A DNA stretch of 58,705 bases, filler included, from Platydemus manokwari (taxonomy: Eukaryota), in assembly GCA_037951405.1 (NCBI GenBank). It is 6 parts of 6 records of this genome, joined end to end, with 100 filler letters (N's around TTAATTAATTAA, not from the genome) between each part and the next. Parts side by side here need not be neighbours in the genome. Positions count along the whole stretch, not along the records: positions 11,697 to 20,608 come from JBBMOY011330983.1; positions 20,709 to 29,804 come from JBBMOY011300205.1; 4 more parts are not named here. One strand, given 5' to 3'. Of the stretch, positions 11,697 through 24,338 are shown piece by piece. Each line of letters opens with the position of its first letter. Position 1 is the stretch's first letter. The translations under genes and the position numbers were made by a program. Under the pieces are notes generated by a model, which was given only the letters and a program-made list of their open reading frames with translations, was not told the DNA's origin and did no database searches.

Positions 11697-14156
11697 TTAC
11701 ATTTAGCTGGAAGAATAGTTGTATCTAAATTACATAAAGAAACAAAATCCAAGTTTATCGATGTCATCACCGATTTATATAATGTCGTCGATCCAATCAC
11801 AGGTGAATCATTGAATAATATTGATGATGAAGTATATGAATGTATTCGAAATAATGCTACTAAATTGGAGAATGTTTTAAATTATGATCGTGATTATTAT
11901 ATCGAATATTTCGGAATTAAAGTAATTTTATTTAACTTTATTACTGACTTTTATATTTATTTAGACCTTAGAAGCTGTATATCTTTTAAAAATCAATAAT
12001 CGAATTGTAGAACGACCACAACATATGTTGATGAGAGTTGCGATTGGAATACATAAAAATGATATCGATAGTGCTGTAGAGGTAAATTAATTATTATAAA
12101 ATATTATTCCATCAATAATTATCATTGATTAGACTTATAACTTGATGTCAGAAAAATGGTTTATTCATGCAACACCAACATTGTTTAATTCTGGAACTAA
12201 ACGACCACAGCTTTCAAGTTGTTTTCTTTTAACTATGAGAGGTGATAGCTTAGACGGAATACATAGAACTATGAATGATTGTGCAACGATTGCCGAACAT
12301 GATGGTGGTATCGGATTGAATGCTCATTGCATCAAATCAAGGGATTTACAAAATGAACTTGCAAGAGAAGATGTCAATGGTCTCACTTCAGTTATACAGC
12401 TCTTTAATAACAGATCACGAAATGTAAATAAAGGAACTAAAAGACCAGGATCATTTGCATTTTATATTGAGCCATGGCATCCTGATATTTTGGAATTTTT
12501 GAATATCAGAAAGAATCACGGTGATGAATCAAAGAAAGCAAGAGACATATTTACTGCACTTTGGATACCAGATTTATTTATGAAACGAGTCAAGGACAAC
12601 GGTTCATGGACACTGATGGAACCCAATATTTGTACTGGATTATTTGATTGTTGGGGAGATGATTTTGAAAGACTTTACGAATCATATGAAAGTCAAGGAA
12701 AAGGTGTAAAAACCATAAATGCTAGAACTTTGTGGAAAGAAATACTTGATTCACAAATCGAGACCGGCACTCCATACATGCTGTACAAGGATTCGTGTAA
12801 TAGAAAATCTAATCATCAACATCTTGGAACAATCAAATGTAGTAATTTATGTACTGAAATCATTGAATATAGTGCACCTGATGAAGTGGCTGTTTGCAAT
12901 TTAGCTTCGATTTCGTTAACAAACTTTGTTGATCGAGAAAAGAAAACATTCGATTTCGATTCACTTGTTAAGGTTTGAATTAATGATAAAAATTGTAATT
13001 AATAATTTATAATATTTATCTCAGGTAACTGAAGTGATAACGAACAATCTCAATAAAATTATTGATATCAATTATTATCCATTGAAAGAAGCGAAAAATT
13101 CTAATTTAAGACATCGACCTATCGGAATAGGTGTTCAAGGATTGGCCGATGTATTTGCTTTATTGCGCTTTCCATTTGAAAGTAAAGAAGCAATGGAATT
13201 AAACAAAAGAATATTCGAAACAATTTATTTCAGTGCTCTTCAAAAATCGTGTAAATTAGCGAAAGAATTTGGAACTTACGAATCATACGAAGGTTCTCCT
13301 GTTAGTAAAGGAATTTTACAACCAGATATGTGGAATGTGCAATGTAGCGATAAACTAGATTGGCCACAATTAAGATCAGATATTGCAAGGTTTGGTTATT
13401 ATATTTATTTATTTATTTGATATATTTATGTTTTACTTTAGATACGGTGTAAGAAATAGTTTATTGGTTGCTCCTATGCCAACTGCAAGTACATCTCAGA
13501 TTCTTGGAAATAATGAATGTTTTGAACCTTTTACATCAAACATTTATATACGAAGAGTGTTGAGTGGCGAATATGTTGTCATTAATCGATATTTGATTGA
13601 AGATTTAATTAAATTGGATGTTTGGTCTGATGATATATCGAATGCTATTATTGCCAACAAAGGATCTGTTCAAAATATCAATGGTTTACCAGATCAATTG
13701 AAGGAATTATATAAAACAGTATGGGAAATTCCTCAAACTACTATAATTAACATGGCTGCTGATCGAGCTGCATTTATTGATCAAAGTCAAAGTATGAATT
13801 TACATGTTGCAGCTCCAAATTATCAAACATTGACAACATTGCATTTTCTTGCTTGGAAAAAGGTAATTGTTTGGTGATATTATTGATATATTCTTTATAA
13901 ATTTTTAATATAGGGATTGAAAACAGGTATGTATTACTTGAGAACCAGACCAGCAGCTGATCCAATTCAATTTACAATTGATAAAAGTAAAGCAAATTCT
14001 TTGGTTTTAAGCGATCAAGTAAAAAAGTTGTATGAATCGTTATATGGTAATAGAAATATCAGTGAAAAAGAAATTATCGAGAAACTTTCTCTTGAATCAG
14101 AGGCCAACACATGCTCACTTGTAAATAAAGAAAATTGTCGATCATGTCAAGGCTAA
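11697..14156 (+). CDS. RRM1: Ribonucleoside-diphosphate reductase large subunit (class Ia R1), 5'-truncated by spacer; exons <11697-11921, 11965-12081, 12133-12972, 13025-13389, 13442-13862, 13914-14156
   Basis: Motifs: [14 protein letters not shown] (end of ATP cone), [77 protein letters not shown] and C-terminal CRSC. Five GT-AG introns of 43-52 nt with consistent phases. Confidence 0.97.
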
Positions 14157-14182
14157 GTGAAATGTTATTGATTTATAAAAGA

Positions 14183-14188
14183 AATAAA
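14183..14188 (+). promoter_or_regulatory. Candidate polyadenylation signal of RRM1
   Basis: AATAAA starting 27 nt after the TAA stop; weak evidence in such AT-rich DNA. Confidence 0.4.
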
Positions 14189-15121
14189 AATTTTGAATCA
14201 CTTTTTTGATATAAGTTTTAAAATATTAAGATGCATAAACACATTTGAAATCTCGATATTATTCCACGACATTTCAATAATATAAACGAAGTTCACGAAA
14301 ACCTATATTGGCAAAACTTTAAAATGTTATTTTGAGATCTCTGTAATTCAATTTGAGATATTTTTCAAATATTTTTTTAATACTTATATACATGTTAATA
14401 ATATTTTATTTAAAGAAAATATAATAATTATTTTTAATTAATTATACTATTGAGTCGAGACGATCTTCCATAATTGCAGCTGAAGCAGTAATCCAATTTG
14501 AATGGGATTCGTGTGTTAAATTTTATTAAATTTCGAACTCTGACGGGATTTGTCCCAACAGCAATAAGGTGTCAAAGCTTTTTATCTGTTAACGCTTTAT
14601 AAACCTTGTTGTGGTTTGCGTATTTTTTTTTAATAATATAATAATTCTGAGTATTAGATTACTTGATTAATAGATCTCTGAATTGGTATGTATTCGCTTA
14701 GCATTTTTTGAGACTTCTTTCGCTCCACCCGTCTCCGTTTCGAAACACCGACAGGCGAAACAAGACATTATCCGCTCTACAAAAACAATCACCTTTGCTC
14801 TTGAAGGCTATGAAAGATCCGCAAGTTCCACGTATCCCTAAGCCTATGGATGTCTAAAACAGGACCAGTTTTCACTAAAAGGAAAGATTATTTATTTATA
14901 TTTTTTGCAATTTGTTTAGATACTTAATATATTTATTTCAATTAAATTTTTTATTTTGTTTAAATTATATCTCATTAAAATCGTAAGACAATTTTTTCAT
15001 TTTAATTTAAATCATCAGAAATATCTTCTAAATCAAAATCAGTAGTTTTGGTAATTCCAGTCAGAAAGTTTAAAATTTAGAGAATATTAGTGATGAATTT
15101 AATTATAATTTAAGATAAAAT

Positions 15122-15790
15122 GAAAAAGTGAATATTTGCGATAAATGTTGTTCATAGTTTGTAAAAGAAAGTAATTTCATTAAACATCAGTAAATGTGAG
15201 GTGAAGATGGTAAGGGTATAATAACAAGATTAGTTAGTCCAAGTAAACAAAATAATATTTTAAAATTTAAAAACCATAACCATCAAATACCAATTCCATT
15301 TATAATAGTGGATGATACAGAATGTGTTAATATAGAAACCAATAAATCAAGAGGTAAAGAAACAAAAGTTAAATGTAATCAAGTATCTTCTTGGTGTTTA
15401 TTTAAAATTAATTTCAAGATATCCGGATCTAATTGAAATGAAGGCCAATTATTTCAAGGAGAAAATTTCAGAGATTATGATCATTATGTCAGAGAAAAAA
15501 ATTATGGGGCAGCTGCATGTGAAGAATGTAATTTATTAGCTAGGAAATCAAAAGATTTTCCATTATATTTTCATAATGGTTCTAAATATAATTTTCATTT
15601 AATAATAAAAGAACTTGCAAAGAGATCTGAGAAAAAATTGCAAATATTATCATTAACTGAAGAAACTTATATCTCTTTTAATTATGGTTGTACAATATTC
15701 AGAGATTCATTAAGATTATTGAAAAACTCTTTAGACTACAAAGATTATAGTGAACTTAACATCAAAAATTATAAAATTAGCGTTACATAA
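15122..15790 (+). pseudogene. Polinton/Maverick-type protein-primed DNA polymerase B, N-terminal and exonuclease fragment (decayed, internally deleted)
   Basis: One frame with stops reads ICDKCCS*F..ESNFIKH (C2H2-like), then ILKFKNHNHQIPIPFIIVDDTEC (like LKFKN..Q..PF.IYADFE, Exo I), then RDYDHYVREKNYGAAACEECNL (like RDHCH..GKYRGAAH..CNL), FPLYFHNGSKYNFHLIIKELA (Exo II), EETYISF and FRDSLRLLKNSLD. No introns. Absent from the ORF track. Confidence 0.85.
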
Positions 15791-15889
15791 TTTTGATCAA
15801 AAGAGATTTATTTGTGAGAAAAGTATGAAAACCCTTCCATTTTGTAGACGGCATTGATACTAAACCTTCAATTTTTTAATTCAACCACA

Positions 15890-16375
15890 TTAAATTATTA
15901 TTTATAATTTCTATTTCAAGGTTATTAGCATTTCGAATTTGATTATTTATCATTTATAAATCAATTTTATTACTTTTCACTTTATTTTTTCCAGCTTTTA
16001 AAGGTTGAAGATTTGTCCAATTATAACATTTTTTAATATTTTCTTCAAGTGTAAAATTGAATTTATTTCGTGGTAAAACATGATCAATATGCCAATAACT
16101 TCCATAATTTTCCCAAGACACATTTTCCCTAACCAATTTTCTAATTGATCACATGAACAACAAAGATATTTATTTAAAGTATCAGAATTTATATTTTCAG
16201 TTATAGCTTTTGATATTGAATTTTGTAGATGCTTTTGTCTTCTCACTGGATGGAAATTATAATATCTAAGTTTCTGATATTCATTAAACACTCTTTTATG
16301 ATTTGATAATATTCTTTCAGATTATCAAATATTTCTTCTCGATTATTTTGATAATATTTACGTTTTATTGATATA
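15890..16375 (-). pseudogene. HNH (beta-beta-alpha-Me) endonuclease of the type seen in large DNA viruses and Polinton-like elements, frameshifted
   Basis: KYYQNNREEI helical N-terminus, YLCCSCDQLENWL, a frameshift near 16130, then SWENYGSYWHIDHVLP...KKCYNWTNLQPL...NKVKSNK. No introns. Confidence 0.75.
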
Positions 16376-16379
16376 TAAC

Positions 16380-19300
16380 TGTAATAAAGAATTGTAGAAT
16401 ATTAATATTTATTAAATCAAAAGTTATACAACTATTATAGTATTTTAACAAATAGGCATATATCATATCCGTCCGTCTTCGGAAAAGCCTGCGTCTAGGT
16501 AAATCAGTTATCTTGCTGTTTTTTTATTTCTGGTGGACCTCTTCGTTTTCTCGCCCGTGTTTGGTAATATCTCCATTTTTAAGTCATCATTTCTGTTGAT
16601 GATGCTTTACCGCTTGTTCATACTTTCGATACTAGTATCATTGTCCCTTATACCATCATCATTTGCAATATTATCTCTATTCCCGATTTTCTTTACTTGA
16701 TTATAGTTTCGTTGAATAATTTTATTCAATTTTTGATTTTGGAGTTTGTTAGTCGATGCATTGATTTTCTCTTAAATCTTGAATGGGCCCTGCAAATTTT
16801 TTACCAAACATTTTGTAAAACGAATTTTCAACCATCACTGTATCACCAGCTGATAATTCATGGGAATATTTCCATCGGTTATAGTATTCTGCTTACTTCA
16901 CAATCTGATTCTTACTATAATTCTGTACTTCAAAAATTTATGATGATTCATAAACTCTTTAATGGTTTTCCTTTTATATGACCTTGCCTCATTAATAAAT
17001 AGCCGTGGTTTTGTACCGAAAAGAACTTCGAATAGCGAATACTTCACTGATTTGTGAGGTGACATCCGTAACCCATATTCAACGTGTGTTGTTACGTTAT
17101 ACCCCTAATGAGTGATTGTTCAATGATGCTGTAATCATAATTTTCATTTTCTTCAAAGTTCTCTCAATGTACCGATTTGACTGTGGATAATATGGAGAAG
17201 AAAATGTTGTCTTTATTTCCACACATAATTTGGATATTAATGTCAATTGAAAATTTGTTCCGTTGTCCGAGTGAACACATTCCAGATCTCAAAATTTGCT
17301 TATCCATTCTTTCCATAATGTCTTAGCTACATTTTCTACAGTGATATACTTTAATTGGATTAGCGTTACATGTTTGGAAAAATAATTAATGATACTTAGT
17401 ATAAACCGGTTTCCTTGCTTCGTTTCAGGATATGGTTCTGCAATATCGATACCAACAATTTCGAACGGCTTATTTGTAATTATTGATTGCAATTTAGCTT
17501 TATTTCTTCCATCAATTCCTTGGATGATGAGCATTCAATACACGAATGCACGTATTCGTGAATATATTTCCTACAGGCTGACCAATAAAATTCGTTTTCA
17601 ACAACTCCAGTTGTTTTCTCTATCCCAACATGTCCTGATTTTTCATGGATCATTTGAACACAAGTTTTAATATCACATTGAGGTACTATATAACTATAAA
17701 TTCCATTTTTCTTGTGGTATAATGCATCACCTCTATCTCTCAAGTATTCTTTCTGTTCCAAATATTTTAATGAAGAATTTTTGATGAATTTATGGCAATC
17801 TCTCTAAAAATTGAATTTGAGTTCTTTGTTCTTATCTAAAATTTTGTTTTATTCCACTTGACACAAAACTGTCTCATCTTCGTAACACGATACATCGCTT
17901 TTTATATATTTCACCTTTATATCAAATATTTTTTGTATAGTATTGCTTGAGATTTGAATTCATAGCCTTTAATCTACCGATGATGTCCTTTTCTGATTTT
18001 ATATGTGTCAGATCCCATTGCATATCTAAATCTTCGAATTCAGTATTTTTTTAATCTTCAATATTTATTCACTAAAATCTTTTATAATATCTTTAGCTTT
18101 TATTATTTCTTCTTCAGTTAATATATTATTCTCCAAAGGTTTTACTTGGAATAAATATAATTTATCAATACCATGTTTAATCGTTTCAGAAACTTCCTTA
18201 CACGTTTTTTTTATTTTACTATTTAATCCAAATTGAAAAGACTCTCCAATAATCAATTTTATTATTGCGAATAAATTAACTCCTACTCCATAATATAAAG
18301 TAATTACCAGCAAAATTCCAACACCGGAAAGAGGGGGTAAAATACTTGACACAACCCCTAAAACTCCGCAAGATATGAAAATTGAATACTTTAAACAATT
18401 ATCGACTTTACTCCATTTATTTTTAATTTACTATGATGCTTTAATGGTTCTTCTAAAACTCTTCAATTCTAATATTAATATTTACTTTTAATGCATTGTT
18501 TTCATAACTCCGATAAGATGGACTCATATCTTTAGAATCTGGTGAGGCACTAGGACTATTAAAATTATCAATATTGGGATGCAATTTTTGATCTTCCATT
18601 TTATTCGTTTTAAAATAAAATTTAGGAATATTCTAAATCAGAATAATTTTCTGTAAATAAATCATTGATTTCTAATCTTTCTTTATCAGTTAAAATTTTA
18701 ACCGTCACTAAAATTCCAGGAGATTACTATTTGATGGTTTATTTGGAAATATATTTCCAATAAATAAATTAATTTCTTATGAAGTCTTTAACTCTTTAAG
18801 AAATTTACAATATTTGTTTAATTTTCTCGATTTCCTATATATAATTTCCTATATATAATAACTAATTCATCAAAATTTTTATATTCTGCTAATGCTATTG
18901 GACTCCAAAATATGGATATTATTCCTCTTTTAAATTGGTCTATAACCATTTGTTCTCGGCCCTCTACAGATACATATTTGCTATAATCCTTAATCACTAA
19001 TTCTTTTAATGCCATAGAATATTCTCCTACACTCTCTCCAGACATTTGGTATCTATCATTAAACTATTTTACATAGAATTCATGCACATCATTTTCCATA
19101 ACTAATTTGCTTTTTAACTCCTTAACTAAATCCTTATAACTTTTAATTTCGCGAATATCTAATCCTTGAAATGTTTGTAATGCATATGATTTTAAATACA
19201 ATGACAGTCTTTGAATTTTTTCCGCCTGTGTCCAGTCATATGCCTCAGTTAATCTATCATATTCATTGAAGAAATGATCGAACCCTTCTTGTCTCCCATC

Positions 19301-19860
19301 ATAGGGGTTAATTGGTATGTACACATTTTTGCTACTCATAATTACTTCATTCATTTTGTCTAATGATGCTTTACTATTTATTTCAATTTGGGTGCCTACT
19401 ATTATTTTATCAACTATTTCACTATCAATTTGGGTGCTTATGTCTTTTTCAATGGTGCTTATTTCTTTTAAACTATCCTCTAATACTTTGTTGAGTTTGA
19501 ATCACTGGTTTCAGGTAAATTACTGCTATTGGGTTTTATCTACTCAAGATTAATGCTATGATTCTCTTTGCTACTATTTTCGAATTCACTATCGCTACTG
19601 TAATTTTCACTATTAATTTTTCTTCTTACTAAATGTTTGTTCACTATGTCCAAATTTTCTAATAAATTGCTTTTGGTTGAACTACGTAGTCGTCTATCAG
19701 ATTTATCAAGTATTGAATTTGCAGATCCTATTTTATCTATTTATCACTCAATGCGTTAATTTATCAATTTATCAAATCGCTCAATGCGTAATCAATATAA
19801 TAGCGCTTAAAAATCATATTGAACAGGCAATTTTTTTCTCTATGCTCACGTTAACCGCCA
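16380..19860 (-). mobile_element. Decayed Ty3/Gypsy LTR retrotransposon (gag, RNase H tail, integrase; RT not recognisable)
   Basis: Gag capsid-like YDG...FFNEYDRLTEAYDWT..EKIQRLSLYLK..A (19064-19354) and GESVGEY...L...DQFKRGI (18818-19045). Integrase H2C2 HEKSGHVG...YVHSCIEC (17480-17761) and core PFEIVGIDIA.P..T..GNRFIL, HSDNGTNF, SPYYPQSN (about 17170-17480). PBS-like TGGCGGTTAACGTG at 19860-19847. Many stops and frameshifts. Confidence 0.88.
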
Positions 19861-20608
19861 AATTTTCGAGCGTCTTCAATGTGAAATCAAACTTCAATTA
19901 AAATCAAACTGCTTAAGTCTATTAACGTTTTTCGCATATTTTTAATCAACACTTTTCGTGGAGTAAACTAGACCTATTAAGTTATCAATCTTTTTACTAA
20001 TTAATGTCACTTAGAGCAGAGTGTAGACCTCTCAAATTGTTAACTTTGTTGCTATAAAGTTTAAAACCTTAATCTGTTTTTCTTCTTTTTATATATCTGT
20101 TGAGGTTCCGAGAAAACAGACTATAAAAACAATGCATGTTATGATATCGGTGTATATTAGTATCACTTTTTATTATTTTTTAAATAATGGGATGTGCAAA
20201 ATATTAACTTACCTTTTTATTTTTATTTTTATTCTTGTTAAAAGAACAACAAAATAATCTTAATTTTAAATTAATTGGAAAAACCTTTTGGTCGTCAAAT
20301 AATGATAATATTTAATCAAGACAGTTTTAAAGAAAATTCTAGTTGTAAATTGAAATATTAAGTTAGAATATTAAATATTTCGATTAAAGTTAATATCATA
20401 TTTTTTATCATATTTTAATATGAAAATAATTTAGAATTAAATTCGGTTAATATTTGGATAAAAAACTTAGAATAAATTTGGAATAAATTGATAAAATATT
20501 AGGTTGTAAATAAAGTTCGCGGACAAAATTTGAAATAAAAATTTGTTGTACATAAATTTATTTAAAACAACAACTATCCCTCAAAATAAAGTCCGTCATT
20601 ATCAATAA

Positions 20609-20708
20609 NNNNNNNNNNNNNNNNNNNNNNNNNNNNNNNNNNNNNNNNNNNNTTAATTAATTAANNNNNNNNNNNNNNNNNNNNNNNNNNNNNNNNNNNN
20701 NNNNNNNN
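20609..20708. other. Artificial contig spacer
   Basis: 44 N + TTAATTAATTAA + 44 N. Confidence 0.97.
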
Positions 20709-21666
20709 GTAATTATTTGAGGAGTATAAATTTGCAATGGAATGGTTCATAATTTTGACGTTTTCATAAAATTATGAAGTTCATTTAATAAATAATTTTA
20801 TTATATAATATGTAATTAAATCAATAGGACAAATAAAACACCAAATTCTGAGTCTCATTTATTCATTGACAATAGTGACAAATTATTTGATATTTAATTT
20901 CTCAATAGATTTTGGGTTCCGTTATACATGGTAAATGAAAACTTATAAATATATTTCGATTCGTGATTTAGGATTTTCAATTTAAAATATTTGGTTAATT
21001 ACAATATTGTAAATCACTATGGCGACCCTGTGACTTAAACATGTTTTTCAATTAAAACATAAAATAATAGAAAAATATTTATCAACAGAATTAGAAAAAT
21101 CAATAAATATGAGACTATAATAACGGTTATGAAAATTTTGCTTTCACTAATTATTAACACGAGCTTATCTTATTTTCTGTATTTCTTTTCATGTAACAAC
21201 AGCAGAAAGATTTGTCGTCATATTGAGAACCGACGAAATATTAAATTATTAATACAATACGGAACCAATTTAGAACGAAGTCGTGTAATTACATCATTAT
21301 AATGGTATGGTGTAATAGTTAATTGCACCTCGTTTTAATTCTCAATTATTATGACTAACACATTTAAAAATAAACAACTTCCAATAAACATGTAAAATCA
21401 TTCCAAAATGTTGATCCTACACAATTCTACTTGCTTTGATTCAAAAAACGATATACTGATTTTAACAAGGATACAAACATGCAGCCAATTAATATTAAAT
21501 AGATGAGTGAAATAATAATATTTAGATACATACAATATGTTATTTCTATTGTTTTAGTATTAAAATTAATCCAAAGTGATATACGCATATAAAATCGAAA
21601 TAGACATAATCGAATGTTCAATACCCATTTTATTTATATTTTAATAGATTACTTAACGAATATTAC

Positions 21667-24287
21667 CTGGATTTATTGCGCAAATTGGTCTTGATATGAT
21701 CAGCTATCAGATTTTCATCTAACAATTGAAACTGCTGAGCATGGATTCTTTTGTGAGCACTATCAGCTTCTTGCGGCAATTTGTGAGTAATGACTGGACC
21801 TCGATTTTCCTGGAATTATTTTCATAGAAGAATAACTCTTAAAAAAATTAACATTGTCATAGAGTTTTTTCGATAATTTATTGATTATTTGTAAATCATC
21901 AAAAGAATCTGATTTTGATCGTAATAATTCTGTCATTGACTCATATTCTTCATCGAAAACATCACAAACTCGATATGGAGTTCCTCGGTCTTGAATGAAT
22001 TGCCCAAAGCTCATACAACCCAATAAACGATAAATAAACTCATCCGAATCAATTCTAAGCCCTCGCAACAAGAGAAACATAGACTATTAATTAAGTGCTT
22101 TAATTAATTAAAAATAAAATAGAAAACCAAACCTCATTAAAGTGAATCACCGGTTTCTGTCTTATTCTTGTTAATGTGAGACATGACCTATAGCCTGCAA
22201 AGAGTCTACAAAACAAACGAATGAATACGGCTCTTAACTGCTTATCTTGCAACACCGGATCTGGAGCTGGGCTAGGCGGTGGAGGATAAACTTCATCGGC
22301 AGTCAATAAATCAGGATTGAGAATCTTGATATGTTAAATTTAATGGAATAATTTGAATTTTATGTAATAATGATTGTTTATGGTTGTGACAAGCTCAAGA
22401 TGCCACCAAGTCTTGTTCATAATATTATACTTTAGGTGATAGATTTTATTTTCGATCCATTTTATTTCGAACTAAGTCTTAGTCGTCTTTAAATCTTGAT
22501 TGAAAATAAAATATTTGATTTTTAGCCTATAATTATAATATAAAATTATAATCCTGTTAAGCTTAATCAAAATTATAAAATGTTTAGTTTTAAAGCCAGA
22601 ATATATAGAAATTTTGCGATTTAGTTGTATCAAAACAGTAATAGTTTATTATTAAGATAACTACGAGATTAAAATAATTCTTCTCATATTGAACCAAATT
22701 AAGTTAGCCATTTTAAATGCTGTACTATACTTTGAATTGAATTATCCTTATTAAATTTGTTAATGTTTATAAGAAAATAACTTAAGCCTCATTATGAATA
22801 TTCTTTTGAAAAAACATTCTGGTTCTGAGATTTGTTTCAATAAATATGAAATTTTATGTTACCAGCAAAACAAATTATTATATAGAATTAACCAATCAAA
22901 TGTTTCTTGGAATAGAATCTTAGAAATAGAATACTTACAAATTATTGAACAAATAAAATTTGAATGAGTATAAAGCAATAAATTCACTTATGATTTTTAT
23001 ATCATATTATTATTATTCTTGACTATATTATTATATTTATACTTCATATATTATGAAATACGATGAGAGAATTATAATAAAACAATAATTATAAAAACCT
23101 TGGTCAAGCTATCAATTGTTATACTGTTGTATGGTTCGCATAATGGCACCTGTGGAATATTATCTGGGTACTTTGCGCTACCTCCATCCAGATCGACCAT
23201 GACCACATCAGTCTGAAATGATGCATTTAATGAAAAATCAATTATTAAAATGTTGCCATTGTCAAACTTTCATGTAAATTTTAATAAAGCTTAAAAAGAA
23301 AAATTTATGGTGGATAAGATTAATTTAATAAAATTATAAAAATATTTTTATTAAAAAATTCAAATTTGCTATTAATGTTTCACTAATATCACTGCGTTTA
23401 TTCTTATTGATTTCTTATCATTACCAATAATAATAATAATACTTTTTTTAATCGAAGCAATCATAACTATATCTAATTGATTTTATGAAAAAATATCAAT
23501 TATCTATTTATAAATGATTATAGAGCGGAAAGAATCAATAACAAATAAATATTTCAATATAGCAATGTATATAGCAAATTATTGATGTATAGATAAACAA
23601 ACGAAAACCATTTCATTTCGAAAGCTTAGCAAAATTTGGCATTTCTAATTGTATTCGTTAAATTTCCGTCGTATATTAATAAATACGTTTAGTCAATATA
23701 AAATTTGTAACTGGTACTACTAAAGCAGCTTTACAAGAGATTCTCGTCAAAGTAATATTTTATTCATACATTAACAATAGCACATTAATTTTATGAATAA
23801 AATTTAATCCAATAATAATTTCCTCTTTCATTTAAATGATTTTAAAACAAGAATTAAAATACAAATAGATAATTTTGTAAAACGTACGATTTAATGAATA
23901 TCAAACGTTTTCATAAAACAAAAATAATTCAATAATTCTATAATAAAATGCAATTATATTTTTTTCAAATAAAATCTATAAAACATTGTGAGAGTTTGTA
24001 CAAACAGACTCGATTTACAATTTGACAAATGAAAAGTCAGTTTATAATTTATCTTAAGTCAGTGTAGCAAATGAAATGTATGTTGTCTAAATTCATCAAC
24101 TAAACAAAGTTCAGACTTGAACAAAAATATTACAACTGGCTTCAAAGTAGACATTCATCTTTGTAATAAAATCAACGATATTATCATAGTGACATCAGAT
24201 TGTGTAAATTGCTTTTGTGGTAAAGAAACAATGGTGAATAATCAGTAAATTGTCACTAGCTACGGTTTTACTAGTTTTATTATAATG

Positions 24288-24338
<51 letters not shown>

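Noticed and set aside
14650-14870. GC-richer island with short open frames on both strands
   Set aside because: No recognisable motif or consistent splice structure.
15041-15046. AGTAGT as a Polinton terminus
   Set aside because: Only 6 bp, too close to internal polB sequence, and no partner TIR was seen.
21020-21030. PBS-like TGGCGACCCTG
   Set aside because: No LTR end before it and no gag after it.
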